Positions 49,517 to 60,585 of a stretch of 64,000 nt of DNA are shown here, one piece after another (positions within the stretch are counted from its first letter, which is position 1; each line of letters begins with the position of its first letter). A program made the position numbers and the translations under genes. Under the pieces are notes generated by a model. It saw only the letters and a list, made by a program, of their open reading frames with translations, was not told the origin of the DNA and ran no database searches. Location of the stretch: sequence record SRR2962707_5461; one strand, given 5' to 3'.

Positions 49517-51715
49517 TCACTGGATAGGAGGGGCCGTGTTAAAGTCTTTTTCAGGAATGGCTCGACTTACGTAATACCCTTGTCCAAAGTCACATTGAAA
49601 CGAGGCTAACATATCCCATTGTTCTTTGGTTTCTATGCCTTCTGCTAAGACTTTTATTCCCAGCTTATGGGCCATCGCGATAATCGCTTCAACGATTTTT
49701 CGATCGGCTTGGTCTCGTTCCAAATCCATCACAAAACTGCGGTCAATTTTAAGTAAGCTGACCGGCAAGTTTTTCAGCTGCCCTAATGACGAGTAGCCGG
49801 TGCCAAAGTCATCGATGGCAACACAAATCCCCATATCTTTTAAGGACTGCAGCAAGACCTTGGCCAAGCTGACATCCTCTAATAACGAGGTTTCGGTTAC
49901 TTCCACTCCCAGCCATTCCGCTGGAACCTGATACTTGTAAAGTAGTGCTTTGACCACGGTGGCAAGATGAGGGTCAGAGAGTTGTTGTGATGACAAATTC
50001 ACATGCAGCAAGATATAAGGCAGTCCTTGCTCGCGGCGTCTCGCCAAGTAAGAAATACCATTTTCTAATACCCAGTGACCGATTCGAATAATCTGTCCTG
50101 TATTTTCAGCCAATTGAATAAATTGATCTGGAAAAATAAGGCCTTTGGTTGGGTGGTTCCAACGGATAAGGGCTTCAGCACCAAAAACGTGTTTCGTTTT
50201 TAGGTCAAACTGAGGCTGATAATAAAGTTCAAATTCGTCATTTTGCAGCGCTTTTGTTAAATCCTCCTCTGCTTCGACAAGGTCTAATGTGGTGGTTTTC
50301 ATATCATGAGAATAGAAAACAGATTGGTTCTTACCACGTTGTTTAGCCTGATATAGAGCCATATCGGCATTTTGCATGATGGATACTAAGGTGTCTCCGT
50401 GCTCGGGAATCATCGCGATGCCCAAAGAAGTGCTTAGAATAAATTCTTTAGAGTCCAGATTAATGGGTGAGTGAATATAAGCGAGGACACGTTCGGCATG
50501 TTCTTTTGCTTCTTGCTTATTTTCAATGTTACTAAGGTAAATACCAAATTCATCGCCACCTAAGCGGACAACTTTATCAGACTCAGAACGTAACGAATCA
50601 AGTCGCTGTGCGACAATTTCTAGTACTTTGTCACCCACATCATGACCAATAGTGTCATTGATGCGCTTAAAATTATCGAGGTCAAAATAAATAAAGGCAG
50701 AAATTTGATGACGCTTTTTATTAGAGCGTAACAGAGCCGGTAGTTGGTCATTAAGGTATCGGCGGTTTGGTAGCTTAGTTAATGGGTCATTATAAGCAAG
50801 ACGTTGTAATTCTTGAGTTTTTTCTTTTACTAATGTGTGTAAGCGTAGAGGTTGAATCGCTATGGCGTAGAAACCAATAGAGATAGCCAGTGCTGCAATC
50901 AAAGACAATATACTGCCAGAAATGAGGTTGCTGGTTAAACGATTGCTAATGTCACGGCTAATGCTAATTTCCCAAGTGCCAATAGGAAGGTGGATATTCG
51001 TTGTGGATACTATGTTGCTGAGCGGTTTCGATGACTGTGCAAAGGTTAATTTTTGCCCCGTGTCTAGATGCACACGAGTTAAGGTATATTGGTAACCATC
51101 ACGCTCCAGCTCTTTTAAGCGAGTGGGCTCTAATAGCTCATCTAGGCTAATAATTGCGGACGCGAATCCCCAAAATACTTCTCTTTGAGTGCCTCGGTAC
51201 AAGTAAACAGGGGAGCGACCTATTACGGCAGTACCACCTTGGACTAGAGGGACTGGACCTATGGCGATCATTTTGTGTTTTTCGATTGCTTGGAGCGCCG
51301 CCTCTCGATATTTGGGGTCAGCAAAAATATCCAAACCGATGGCCGATTCATTGCCTTTTAACGGTGAAATTTTCTCAATAATGCCATTTGGAGCGAGTTG
51401 TAAACTGGAAATTCCTTCAATAAAACTCATTAGGTTTTTTGAATACCCATCGAAGTCGTCAAAATCATTAAAGCTATCACCATGGTGCTCTATCTCGGTG
51501 GCTAACAACTGTGTGGACGTGAAGGCAATAGAAAGGCGTCTTTCTATTGTCGATGCTTGAGTTTTAGATAGACCATTTAATAATAATTTTTGTTCTTTTA
51601 TGATTGCTTGATTTGAAGAGTAGGTCCAGTAGAGACCAAAGAAGATAATCGCGAAGAAAATAGCGCAAGCGATGAAAATAGCAGAAGGTTGTTTTAGTTC
51701 AGTTTTTATCAACAA
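49517..51715 (-). CDS. Membrane CHASE-GGDEF-EAL c-di-GMP signalling protein
   Basis: TM-CHASE (GPVPLVQGG, FWGFA)-TM; DLDNFKRIND, RLGGDEF; EAL, DDFGTGYSS, QGYY. Confidence 0.92.
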   Translation of the reverse strand: MLIKTELKQPSAIFIACAIFFAIIFFGLYWTYSSNQAIIKEQKLLLNGLSKTQASTIERRLSIAFTSTQLLATEIEHHGDSFNDFDDFDGYSKNLMSFIEGISSLQLAPNGIIEKISPLKGNESAIGLDIFADPKYREAALQAIEKHKMIAIGPVPLVQGGTAVIGRSPVYLYRGTQREVFWGFASAIISLDELLEPTRLKELERDGYQYTLTRVHLDTGQKLTFAQSSKPLSNIVSTTNIHLPIGTWEISISRDISNRLTSNLISGSILSLIAALAISIGFYAIAIQPLRLHTLVKEKTQELQRLAYNDPLTKLPNRRYLNDQLPALLRSNKKRHQISAFIYFDLDNFKRINDTIGHDVGDKVLEIVAQRLDSLRSESDKVVRLGGDEFGIYLSNIENKQEAKEHAERVLAYIHSPINLDSKEFILSTSLGIAMIPEHGDTLVSIMQNADMALYQAKQRGKNQSVFYSHDMKTTTLDLVEAEEDLTKALQNDEFELYYQPQFDLKTKHVFGAEALIRWNHPTKGLIFPDQFIQLAENTGQIIRIGHWVLENGISYLARRREQGLPYILLHVNLSSQQLSDPHLATVVKALLYKYQVPAEWLGVEVTETSLLEDVSLAKVLLQSLKDMGICVAIDDFGTGYSSLGQLKNLPVSLLKIDRSFVMDLERDQADRKIVEAIIAMAHKLGIKVLAEGIETKEQWDMLASFQCDFGQGYYVSRAIPEKDFNTAPPIQ

Positions 51716-51934
51716 TGTAGTCCTTTTCTATGTCTCGATCGATGCGATATTGGCTTCTACTAGCCCATTAAAAATATCAATGATGATCCACTCTATCATT
51801 TAGCTATGACAAACCAGAAAGGTGACTCTGTCACAACGAGGAATGTACAGGGAATAAGGAAGAAAATAAACACGGAACAAAAAGACGCAACGAATTAATA
51901 AGAAAGTAAACAAAGGGACAACAAAGGTAACAAT

Positions 51935-51999
51935 CAGCCACTGGTACCGCTTTTAAAAGAACCCAGAGTCATGTATGGGGTTCTTAGCACCAGTGGCTG
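51935..51999 (-). terminator. Long stem-loop ending the urease operon
   Basis: CAGCCACTGGT...ACCAGTGGCTG with an inner AAGAACCC/GGGTTCTT helix. Confidence 0.6.
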
Positions 52000-52006
52000 T
52001 AAGTGT

Positions 52007-52591
52007 TTAGGCGATGGCCATGACAACGCCAGCTGCGGCAATGATGCCACCAGAGAGGCGAGTGACAATAGGCGCTTCGATGCGAGCAATGGCTTTACCC
52101 ATGCCCATGCCAACAAGGTGCAACAAAGCGGTTGCAGCAGCAAAGCCGAGAGCGTATTCCGCAACGTGTGCGTTTAATGGCATTTCCATACCGTGCGCAG
52201 CGCCATGGAAAAAGGCAAAAACACCCGCAATGGCAGCGCAAGTACCGACAGAGAAACGTACAGAAGCAACAAGCAGTGCGCCCATAAGAATCACAGAAAG
52301 CGCAATGCCTTGTTCAACGAAAGGAACTTGCATTCCTGCCATACCAAACGCGCCACCCAGAATCATGGTGCCAACAAATGCCGCAGGCACGGCCCATAAA
52401 GCTTTGCCTCCCATACTTGCCGCCCAAAGGCCGATCGCAATCATGGCTAGTAGGTGGTCAAGACCGCCCATAGGGTGCATAAACCCCGTCATAAAGCTGG
52501 TGCTGTGCTCGTGACCTGGATGAGCAAGTGCCAAGGTTGGAGCGGCAGCAATTAGAGTGGCTAATCCCATTTTTAGCGTAGTAAGACGCAT
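52007..52591 (-). CDS. ureJ: HupE/UreJ nickel transporter
   Basis: AHPGH, HPMGGLDHLLAM, FHGAAHGME, LLHLVG. Confidence 0.94.
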   Translation of the reverse strand: MRLTTLKMGLATLIAAAPTLALAHPGHEHSTSFMTGFMHPMGGLDHLLAMIAIGLWAASMGGKALWAVPAAFVGTMILGGAFGMAGMQVPFVEQGIALSVILMGALLVASVRFSVGTCAAIAGVFAFFHGAAHGMEMPLNAHVAEYALGFAAATALLHLVGMGMGKAIARIEAPIVTRLSGGIIAAAGVVMAIA

Positions 52592-52618
52592 AGATAATCT
52601 CCGAAATAAATAAATGAA

Positions 52619-53266
52619 TTAAACCACCGCTCTTGCGGCTGGAATCGTTTTGAATTCTAACATACCTTCGGTAATGATAAATTGAATGATTTCGTCTAAG
52701 CCTTGGGCTTTTTTCAGGTTGGAAAAAACAAACGGTCGATCGCCACGCATCATTTTGGCATCACGATCCATTACCTCCAAAGAGGCTCCGACTAAGGGCG
52801 CCAAATCGGTTTTATTAATAATCAAAAGATCGGATTTGGTGATGCCAGGGCCGCCTTTACGAGGGATTTTGTCGCCGGCGGAAACATCAATCACATAAAT
52901 GGTAAAGTCCGACAGTTCTGGGCTGAATGTTGCGCTTAAGTTATCGCCACCACTTTCCACAAACACCACGTCTAATTCACCGTGACGCTCTATTAATTGA
53001 TCGATCGCGGCCAAGTTCATTGAAGCATCTTCACGAATCGCCGTGTGTGGGCAGCCGCCTGTTTCTACCCCCACAATACGATCAGCATCGAGAGCTTCGT
53101 GCTCAGTGAGGAATTTAGCGTCTTCTTGAGTATAAATATCGTTCGTCACAACGGCGATATTATAATGATCGCGAAGAGCAGAACACAAAGATCGCAGTAA
53201 TGCGGTTTTACCAGAGCCGACAGGGCCACCGACGCCGATACGTAATGTTTGTTTTGGTTTGCTCAT
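52619..53266 (-). CDS. ureG: Urease accessory GTPase
   Basis: [32 protein letters not shown]. Confidence 0.98.
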   Translation of the reverse strand: MSKPKQTLRIGVGGPVGSGKTALLRSLCSALRDHYNIAVVTNDIYTQEDAKFLTEHEALDADRIVGVETGGCPHTAIREDASMNLAAIDQLIERHGELDVVFVESGGDNLSATFSPELSDFTIYVIDVSAGDKIPRKGGPGITKSDLLIINKTDLAPLVGASLEVMDRDAKMMRGDRPFVFSNLKKAQGLDEIIQFIITEGMLEFKTIPAARAVV

Positions 53267-53302
53267 AGTATTTCCTCTTTAAACCAAGGTTATCCCAAAA
53301 AA

Positions 53303-53977
53303 TTAAGAACGGAATAATCGTGAATATTGTGTTTCGTGTTGCGCGCTAGCAATGGCAATTGCCGGAAGACCTGCGCCAACACTGTCTTCATTAATAATCA
53401 GTGAGCTACGAATGGCGTCACTGATCACAGGTTGTAATTCGCCGAGTAATTCTTGTGCTTGGGTTTGCCCTAATGGCACCAATTTTGTCGCTGCGGCGAT
53501 TTGGTTTTCTAGCCAAGACCAGGTAAACCCAAGGGCCGCCAGTTCAAGGTTGATCGACCAATGAGTGGCCGTCACGGCAAATAAGGTCACAAAGCTGATG
53601 TCTTCTAAGCGCTGAAAAGGCGTGGCGATTTCTAAGCTACGCATTAACCGCGCCAAGGCTTCTCCCATCGCCGTATCGTTTAATCGCAGCTCTTTGGTTT
53701 CTCGGCACGCCAGCGCCAGATCATTGAGTTCTAATAGACGCGCGTTATCTTGCTGACTGGCCGCGAGCATACACAAACGCAAAATCGGTAAATCAACACG
53801 AGCCACAGATTGTTGCAGCTGCAAGCTGATCCAATCGCACACTTGCGTTTTGTTTGTTACCCAACCTTGGTCGATAGAGTATTCCATGCCCTGTGAGAAC
53901 GCATAACCACCAACCGGTAAACTCACGCTGCTCAACTGCAAGAGACGCAATAGGCTGCTATCCGTGGTGGTGACCAT
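53303..53977 (-). CDS. ureF: Urease accessory protein F
   Basis: LPVGGYAFSQGME, KLVPLGQ, HETQYSRLFRS. Confidence 0.96.
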   Translation of the reverse strand: MVTTTDSSLLRLLQLSSVSLPVGGYAFSQGMEYSIDQGWVTNKTQVCDWISLQLQQSVARVDLPILRLCMLAASQQDNARLLELNDLALACRETKELRLNDTAMGEALARLMRSLEIATPFQRLEDISFVTLFAVTATHWSINLELAALGFTWSWLENQIAAATKLVPLGQTQAQELLGELQPVISDAIRSSLIINEDSVGAGLPAIAIASAQHETQYSRLFRS

Positions 53978-54401
53978 GGCTGTAGGCTCCAGATTCAGGG
54001 ACAAACACCGCGCTTTCATGGCTCACAACCAAACCAAGTAGGTGAAGCATTTCTTCTAAGACATGATCCGGCTTGATACGTAACCAGCGATCACCCACTT
54101 GAATCTTGGTGTGGCGGTTGCCTAGGTGATAACAGGCTTTGGAAAAAGCTTGCCAATCGTCGCAACTGGCATGAGCCACATCTTCAACGGCGCCTTGAAC
54201 TTGCACTATTTTGTTGCACTCACTTCGCAAAAACTCCCCAACTTGGAGCGGCTTGCCGCGATCGAGAAAAACGCGAACCTCTTCGCCATTTTCTCCGATC
54301 AATTTAAGACGGCCGCGATCGCGTTGCTCGTGACTAAGAGTCACCTTGGTGTAAACCGCTTCGTGGCAATGGGTGCCTAATCTTTGATATATGTCTAGCA
54401 T
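53958..54401 (-). CDS. ureE: Urease accessory protein E
   Basis: YHLGNRH, DHVL, FVPESGAY, short His tail. Confidence 0.96.
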   Translation of the reverse strand: MLDIYQRLGTHCHEAVYTKVTLSHEQRDRGRLKLIGENGEEVRVFLDRGKPLQVGEFLRSECNKIVQVQGAVEDVAHASCDDWQAFSKACYHLGNRHTKIQVGDRWLRIKPDHVLEEMLHLLGLVVSHESAVFVPESGAYSHGHHHG

Positions 54402-54466
54402 GGTATGTTTCCTAACCGCCAAGCGTTATTTCGCTTGGCTTTTTTGATGTTTAAAACAGGGCTCGT

Positions 54467-56218
54467 TTAAAATAAGGTATAAAGCTGAGCCAGTGGCAAG
54501 GTTTCTGCGGGCTCACAGGTGAGCAATTCGCCATCGGCTCGTACTTCATAAGTCTGCGGATCCACCGTAATGTCAGGTAACCAGCTGTTATGGATCATGT
54601 CGTGCTTGGAGATATTGCGAGTATTACGGCAAGCGACCAGAGTGCGATCCAAGCCAAACTTTTCCGCCAGGCCATTTTCTAACGCCGCTTTTGACACAAA
54701 GGTTACCGAGGTCGCGGCGGCGGCTTTACCAAAGGCGCCGAACATAGGGCGGTAATGAACGGGCTGAGGCGTAGGAATCGAAGCGTTTGGGTCCCCCATA
54801 GGCGCGCTAGCAATCATCCCGCCCTTGATAATGATGGAGGGTTTCACCCCAAAAAAGGCCGGTTTCCAAAGCACTAGATCGGCGAGCTTACCGGCTTCAA
54901 TGGAGCCCACTTCGTGGCTAATACCGTGAGCAATGGCTGGGTTTATGGTGTATTTGGCGATGTAGCGTTTGGCGCGAAAGTTGTCTGCGCCTAATGCTTG
55001 ATCTTCTGCCAGTAAACCAAACTGTTGCTTCATTTTATGGGCTGTTTGCCAGGTTCGTGTGATGACTTCACCGACCCGTCCCATGGCTTGTGAGTCAGAT
55101 GAAATCATACTGAATGCGCCGCGATCGTGAAAAATATCCTCCGCGGCAATGGTTTCTTTGCGGATACGAGAATCCGCAAAGGCCACGTCTTCTGGGATGT
55201 TACTGTCCAAATGGTGACATACCATCAACATGTCTAAATGCTCATCGACTGTGTTGTGGGTATAAGGACGAGTCGGATTGGTAGAAGAGGGCAGCACATT
55301 CACATTACCGGCCGCACGTATGATGTCTGGAGCGTGCCCGCCACCAGCGCCTTCGGTATGGTAAGTGTGAATAACTCTCTCTTTAAACGCGGCTAACGTG
55401 CTGTCGACAAAGCCGGATTCATTCAGCGTGTCCGTGTGGATGGCCACTTGCACATCGTACTTTTCAGCGACGCTCAAACAGCAATCAATCGACGCAGGCG
55501 TCGTGCCCCAATCTTCGTGCAATTTTAGGCCACAAGCTCCGGCTTCTAGCTGCTCTTCTAGCGCTTCGGGCTGGCTGGCGTTGCCTTTACCAAGAAAACC
55601 TAGGTTCATTGGCATGTTGTCGGTAGCTTGGAGCATTTTACCCAAATACCAAGGTCCTGGCGTACAGGTGGTGGCTTTGGTGCCCGTTGCTGGGCCCGTA
55701 CCGCCGCCAATCATGGTGGTCACGCCAGAGGTCAGCGCTTCTTCAATTTGTTGTGGGCAAATAAAGTGAATGTGAGCGTCGATGCCGCCGGCGGTTAGAA
55801 TCGAGCCTTCCCCCGCAATCACTTCTGTGCCAGGGCCTATGACAATGTCAACATTGTCTTGTATGTCTGGATTGCCTGCTTTGCCGACTTTAAAAATACG
55901 ACCTTCCTTGACCCCCACGTCGCCTTTGACAATGCCCCAATGATCAAGCACTAAGGCATTGGTAATCACCAAATCGACCGCCACCTCATTGGTTACTTGG
56001 CTTTGCCCCATACCATCTCGGATTACCTTGCCACCGCCGAACTTTACTTCGTCACCATAGGTGGTGAAGTCTTTTTCGACTTGAATCCAGATATCGGTGT
56101 CGGCCAAACGAACCCGATCGCCTGTGGTTGGGCCGAACATTTGTGCATAGCCACTTCTGTCTATTTTAACCGCGTCTATTTTAACCGCGTCTAAGTTGGC
56201 AGTGTCTGTTTTGCTCAT
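54467..56218 (-). CDS. ureC: Urease alpha subunit
   Basis: [42 protein letters not shown]. Confidence 0.99.
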   Translation of the reverse strand: MSKTDTANLDAVKIDAVKIDRSGYAQMFGPTTGDRVRLADTDIWIQVEKDFTTYGDEVKFGGGKVIRDGMGQSQVTNEVAVDLVITNALVLDHWGIVKGDVGVKEGRIFKVGKAGNPDIQDNVDIVIGPGTEVIAGEGSILTAGGIDAHIHFICPQQIEEALTSGVTTMIGGGTGPATGTKATTCTPGPWYLGKMLQATDNMPMNLGFLGKGNASQPEALEEQLEAGACGLKLHEDWGTTPASIDCCLSVAEKYDVQVAIHTDTLNESGFVDSTLAAFKERVIHTYHTEGAGGGHAPDIIRAAGNVNVLPSSTNPTRPYTHNTVDEHLDMLMVCHHLDSNIPEDVAFADSRIRKETIAAEDIFHDRGAFSMISSDSQAMGRVGEVITRTWQTAHKMKQQFGLLAEDQALGADNFRAKRYIAKYTINPAIAHGISHEVGSIEAGKLADLVLWKPAFFGVKPSIIIKGGMIASAPMGDPNASIPTPQPVHYRPMFGAFGKAAAATSVTFVSKAALENGLAEKFGLDRTLVACRNTRNISKHDMIHNSWLPDITVDPQTYEVRADGELLTCEPAETLPLAQLYTLF

Positions 56219-56541
56219 GCTGACGGCTCCGTTTTATTCAGTGTTCCCATTACCTCGCCACGAAAGCCATAAATGGTTTTCGTGCCAGCGTATTCGACCA
56301 ATTCCACTTCACGACCTTGGCCGGGTTCAAAGCGTACTGCGGTACCAGAAGCAATGTTGAGGCGAAATCCTTTGGTAAGATCACGCTCAAAAGACAACGC
56401 AGGATTGACTTCATAAAAATGGTAATGGGAGCCAATTTGAACCGGTCGATCGCCGGTGTTTTCGACTCGGATGGTTAAGGTTTTACGGCCTACATTCAGC
56501 TCAATATCGCCTGCGGCTACCTGAATTTCACCTGGAATCAT
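56215..56541 (-). CDS. ureB: Urease beta subunit
   Basis: [29 protein letters not shown]. Confidence 0.98.
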   Translation of the reverse strand: MIPGEIQVAAGDIELNVGRKTLTIRVENTGDRPVQIGSHYHFYEVNPALSFERDLTKGFRLNIASGTAVRFEPGQGREVELVEYAGTKTIYGFRGEVMGTLNKTEPSA

Positions 56542-56555
56542 GGTGCGTCTCCACA

Positions 56556-56858
56556 TTAGTTAATTGGGTTATGAACCGTGACCAGCTTGGTACCATCGGG
56601 GAAGGTTGCTTCGACTTGCACTTCGTGAATTAAATCCACCACTCCTTCCATGACTTGGTCAGCACTGAGCAATGTTTTGCCAAAACTCATTAACTCGGCG
56701 ACGGTTTTGCCATCGCGAGCGCCTTCAATAATTTCCATGGTGATGTAAGCCATGGCTTCTGGATAATTAAGCTTAAGGCCGCGATTTAAGCGACGTTCTG
56801 CTAATAACGCGGCGGTAAAGACGAGTAATTTGTCTTTTTCTCTAGGTAGTAATTCCAT
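56556..56858 (-). CDS. ureA: Urease gamma subunit
   Basis: [33 protein letters not shown]. Confidence 0.99.
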   Translation of the reverse strand: MELLPREKDKLLVFTAALLAERRLNRGLKLNYPEAMAYITMEIIEGARDGKTVAELMSFGKTLLSADQVMEGVVDLIHEVQVEATFPDGTKLVTVHNPIN

Positions 56859-56910
56859 TATTCAGCCCTTTTTTCGTTATTCTATGGCGCCTTGATTTTG
56901 CTTGTTAGAA

Positions 56911-57828
56911 TCAGGTCGCCCAAATTCTTGGTTCACACGCTTCTTTACCAATAAGCGCTGGACGAATGGCTCGCCAGCATTGGGTAAACAGGCGTTTCAT
57001 GTGCTCCGAGTCATCATGGAGGCTGCGCACAATGATGTATTCATCCACCAAGGTCGCGCCGCAAAGCGAAACGTGTTTTGTGCAATGGTCACGAAGTGTC
57101 TCCATCAGCTCATCATGATTGTCCGTTCGGTCAAAAGGACCTGCAATCATCAGGCCATTTATTGGTTTGTTGGCTAAGCCGGCTTTCGCTTGAAAAATAT
57201 CGCGACTTTGATCATCGATGATTAAACGCTCGCGCACTTTTAAACGACCATCCTGACGAATCTCAAAACCTTGTTCAGCGTGTCCATTAGCAAAGCTTTC
57301 ATTGTTCGCCGGTAACCCAAAGCAGGTCACTTCCCAGCCAATAAATTTGGCGTTGCTGGCTAGGTTGATCTGATTTTCAAGTCGAGTGTGGGCGTTTGGA
57401 TAGAGGATAGCTTCTTGTGGAAGCCACTCCATCACACTGTCCTTAGGGACGTTTAATTGGGTGATTTGGTGCTGCAGGGTTTTGTCTTCACGGGCGCGAT
57501 ACACACGGCCAGCGCCAGGGGTCGTAATAAGCACATGGGTGTTTTCGGCCAAATTGGCGGTGATGGTCAAGCGGTCGCCAGACACCAAACCACCTGGCGG
57601 GTGCAAGAGGTAAACGTGGGCGGTCTCTGGGCCTTCTGGGTAAAAGGGTTTTTGAACGTAAAGTGGTCCCTTGTGGTCGCAGGTTTTCAGGACGGTGCCG
57701 CGCGCGGTTTTTTGAAAGCCTAAGGTTAAATACGCATGCCAGTGAGAAGGCGCATTAGACGCTAAAGACGTCTTCTCAGATGGTGCTTCTGACGGCGTTA
57801 CCAAGGCAAGATTATGATTATTATGCAT
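56911..57828 (-). CDS. ureD: Urease accessory protein D
   Basis: GPLYVQKPFYPEG, HPPGGLVSGD, EWLPQE, PRIWAT. Confidence 0.96.
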   Translation of the reverse strand: MHNNHNLALVTPSEAPSEKTSLASNAPSHWHAYLTLGFQKTARGTVLKTCDHKGPLYVQKPFYPEGPETAHVYLLHPPGGLVSGDRLTITANLAENTHVLITTPGAGRVYRAREDKTLQHQITQLNVPKDSVMEWLPQEAILYPNAHTRLENQINLASNAKFIGWEVTCFGLPANNESFANGHAEQGFEIRQDGRLKVRERLIIDDQSRDIFQAKAGLANKPINGLMIAGPFDRTDNHDELMETLRDHCTKHVSLCGATLVDEYIIVRSLHDDSEHMKRLFTQCWRAIRPALIGKEACEPRIWAT

Positions 57829-57869
57829 CTCTTCCTTAACAAAATATCGGCTTGTTCAGCGTACTAGGA

Positions 57870-58577
57870 TTACACCGCTAGATACTGCTTGATCAAGTTG
57901 TCATTGAGTTTATCCATTCGGTCTGCTGCGACTATGCGGCCTTTTTCCATTAAACGGAATTCCTTGCCGACCCTTCTTGCAAAGCCAAGTTTCTGCTCGA
58001 TCAAGATCACGGTCAGGCCTTCTTCGGCGTTTAATTTCAAAATGACATCGCCAATTTGTTTCACAATATTGGGCTGAATGCCTTCGTTTGGCTCGTCTAG
58101 AATCAGCACGCTTGGGTCTAATACTAGGGCGCGACCTATGGCTAATTGTTGTTGTTGTCCGCCAGAGAGGTCTCCACCACGGCGATGCAACATGTCTTTT
58201 AATACCGGAAACAGTTCAAAGATTTTCTCCGGTATGTCGTTTGTTTTGTTTTTGCTTTTCTTGTTCAGTACTGGCAAACCAATGCGTAGGTTTTCTTCCA
58301 CCGTGAGCATGGGGAAAATATCCCGGCCTTGAGGCACATAACCAATGCCTGAGTAGGCGCGTTTTTCAGCACTTTGCTTATTAAGTGTTACGCCATTCAT
58401 GGTGATTTCGCCATTACTGATTGGCAACAAGCCCATAATAGTTTTGAGTAAGGTGGTTTTTCCTACGCCATTGCGTCCCATAATGCAGGTGATGGAGCCG
58501 GGTTCTATGTCTAAATCCAACCCCCAAAGGATTTGTGTGCCACCGTATAATTGATCAAGGTTTTTTATTGAAATCAT
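57870..58577 (-). CDS. urtE: Urea ABC transporter ATPase
   Basis: GRNGVGKTT, YVPQGRDIFP, RRGGDLSGGQQQQLAI, DEPNEGIQP. Confidence 0.95.
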   Translation of the reverse strand: MISIKNLDQLYGGTQILWGLDLDIEPGSITCIMGRNGVGKTTLLKTIMGLLPISNGEITMNGVTLNKQSAEKRAYSGIGYVPQGRDIFPMLTVEENLRIGLPVLNKKSKNKTNDIPEKIFELFPVLKDMLHRRGGDLSGGQQQQLAIGRALVLDPSVLILDEPNEGIQPNIVKQIGDVILKLNAEEGLTVILIEQKLGFARRVGKEFRLMEKGRIVAADRMDKLNDNLIKQYLAV

Positions 58578-59455
58578 AGGGTTACTCCTTCTATTATCAC
58601 GTCATCAGTGGCTTCTTGTTCTCCTAAATAGACTTCAATCACATCTTTGTTGCTTTGGATTTGATCCATTGTGCCTTCTGCGAGCACAGACCCTTGGTGC
58701 AATACCGTTACTGTTTTGGCTATGCTGCGGACAAACTCCATATCGTGCTCTACGACAATCACGGTACGTTCCCCCGCCAGCGAGGTGAGTAACTCGGCGG
58801 TGCGTTCGGTTTCTTGGGGGGTCATTCCCGCGACTGGCTCGTCGATCAATAAAAGCCTAGGATCTGATACAAGTAACATGCCAATTTCGAGCCATTGCTT
58901 TTGCCCATGGGACAAAGCCCCCGCCAACATAAAGCGATGTTTGGCAAGGCCGATGATGTGAAGCACATTATCAATGCGGTCAATCTGTGTGGGGGTGAGT
59001 CTGGAAAAGAGCGTTGGTAATACGCCTTTATCGGTTTTTAGTGAGAGCTCTAAGTTATCAAACACGGTTTGCTCTTCAAACACAGTGGGCTTTTGGAATT
59101 TTCGGCCTATGCCCAATTGCGCGATTTCTGCTTCGTCTTTATTGAGCAGGTTTTGGTTTTGCCCAAAAAATACGCTGCCAGAGTCGCATTGGGTTTTGCC
59201 GGTTATGACGTCCATTAGGGTCGTCTTGCCAGCCCCATTGGCCCCGATCAAACAGCGTAACTCGCCATCGTTGATGTAGAGGTTCAAATGGTTTAATGCT
59301 TTAAAGCCATCAAAGCTTAAGTTCAAATCTTCGACGTACAAGATCACGTTTTTATCGACGTTGACCTTAGCGTTCGCAGGAGCAAGAAAAGGCCAGACCT
59401 GATCAGGACGAAATGTCTCGCGTAAGCTATTTAGGGAATGGTGAAGGGCGCTCAT
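58574..59455 (-). CDS. urtD: Urea ABC transporter ATPase
   Basis: FDGFKALN, GRKFQKP, LSHGQKQWLEIGM. Confidence 0.95.
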   Translation of the reverse strand: MSALHHSLNSLRETFRPDQVWPFLAPANAKVNVDKNVILYVEDLNLSFDGFKALNHLNLYINDGELRCLIGANGAGKTTLMDVITGKTQCDSGSVFFGQNQNLLNKDEAEIAQLGIGRKFQKPTVFEEQTVFDNLELSLKTDKGVLPTLFSRLTPTQIDRIDNVLHIIGLAKHRFMLAGALSHGQKQWLEIGMLLVSDPRLLLIDEPVAGMTPQETERTAELLTSLAGERTVIVVEHDMEFVRSIAKTVTVLHQGSVLAEGTMDQIQSNKDVIEVYLGEQEATDDVIIEGVTL

Positions 59456-60585
59456 GCGTTAGACTCCTTAGTTGGTTGCGGGCGGCGTTTTTCCATGAGT
59501 TGGGTGTATAACCCAACGATGCCTTTGGGCAAATACAGGGTGACTAAAACAAACAGGCCGCCTAGAGCGAACAGCCAAGCTTCTGGTAAAATAGCGGTAA
59601 AACGGGTTTTCGCGTAGTTCACTAAAAGCGCGCCTATTACAGCACCAATCAAGGTGCCGCGGCCGCCAACCGCCACCCATATCACCATTTCGATCGAGTT
59701 GATTGGGGAAAACTCACCCGGGTTAATAATGCCGACCTGAGGCACATACAGAGCCCCTGCGATACCGGCAATCACCGCAGAAAAAACGAATAACCAGACT
59801 TTGTAACGATCGGTTCGATAGCCAATAAAGCGAGCACGAGATTCGGAATCACGTATCGCTAAGACCACCTTGCCAAAGCGGGATGAGAGGATTTTCCGGC
59901 TGATCACGAACACCAGAGCCAACATCAAGGCGGTAATGGCAAACAAACTCACTCGGGTGGTGTCGGCTTGCAAACTAAAGCCGACAATGTCTTTGAAATC
60001 GGTTAAGCCGTTATTGCCACCAAACCCCATTTCGTTACGGAAGAAAGCTAGCAACAGAGCGTAAGTGAGCGCTTGCGTCATGATTGACAAATACACCCCT
60101 GTCACCCGAGAACGAAACGCCAACCAACCAAAAATAAACGCCAATAATCCTGGCACCAGAACCACCATGATCATGGCGAACCAGAATTGGTCCATCCCAT
60201 GCCAAAACCAAGGCAGCTGTTGCCAGCCTAAAAACACCATGAAATCAGGTAGATCAGGGTTGCCATAAGCGCCACGGTCGCCGATTTGGCGCATTAAATA
60301 CATTCCCATGGCGTAGCCACCTAAGGCGAAAAACGCCCCATGTCCCAAACTGAGAATGCCGCAATACCCCCAAATGATATCGACGGCCAACGCCAGCATG
60401 GCGTAACACAAATACTTGCCCAATAAGGTGATGGAGTAAGTACTTACATGCAAGGCGGAGTCGCTTGCTAGGTAGAGGTTGGACAAACACGCCAGTGCCG
60501 TCACTGCTAAGAGGATGATCACAAAGGGCAAGGTGTGTTTGCCTGAAGTACGACCCGCTGAAAAATATTGCGTAATAGAGCTCAT
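59452..60585 (-). CDS. urtC: Urea ABC transporter permease
   Basis: WGYCGILSLGH, LPDFM, GGNNGLTDF, VAVGGRGTL. Confidence 0.95.
   Translation of the reverse strand: MSSITQYFSAGRTSGKHTLPFVIILLAVTALACLSNLYLASDSALHVSTYSITLLGKYLCYAMLALAVDIIWGYCGILSLGHGAFFALGGYAMGMYLMRQIGDRGAYGNPDLPDFMVFLGWQQLPWFWHGMDQFWFAMIMVVLVPGLLAFIFGWLAFRSRVTGVYLSIMTQALTYALLLAFFRNEMGFGGNNGLTDFKDIVGFSLQADTTRVSLFAITALMLALVFVISRKILSSRFGKVVLAIRDSESRARFIGYRTDRYKVWLFVFSAVIAGIAGALYVPQVGIINPGEFSPINSIEMVIWVAVGGRGTLIGAVIGALLVNYAKTRFTAILPEAWLFALGGLFVLVTLYLPKGIVGLYTQLMEKRRPQPTKESNA

Noticed and set aside
51841..51934. A-rich stretch as a CrcZ-like sRNA
   Set aside because: No promoter or matching terminator on that strand; explained as the U-rich tail after the urease operon hairpin
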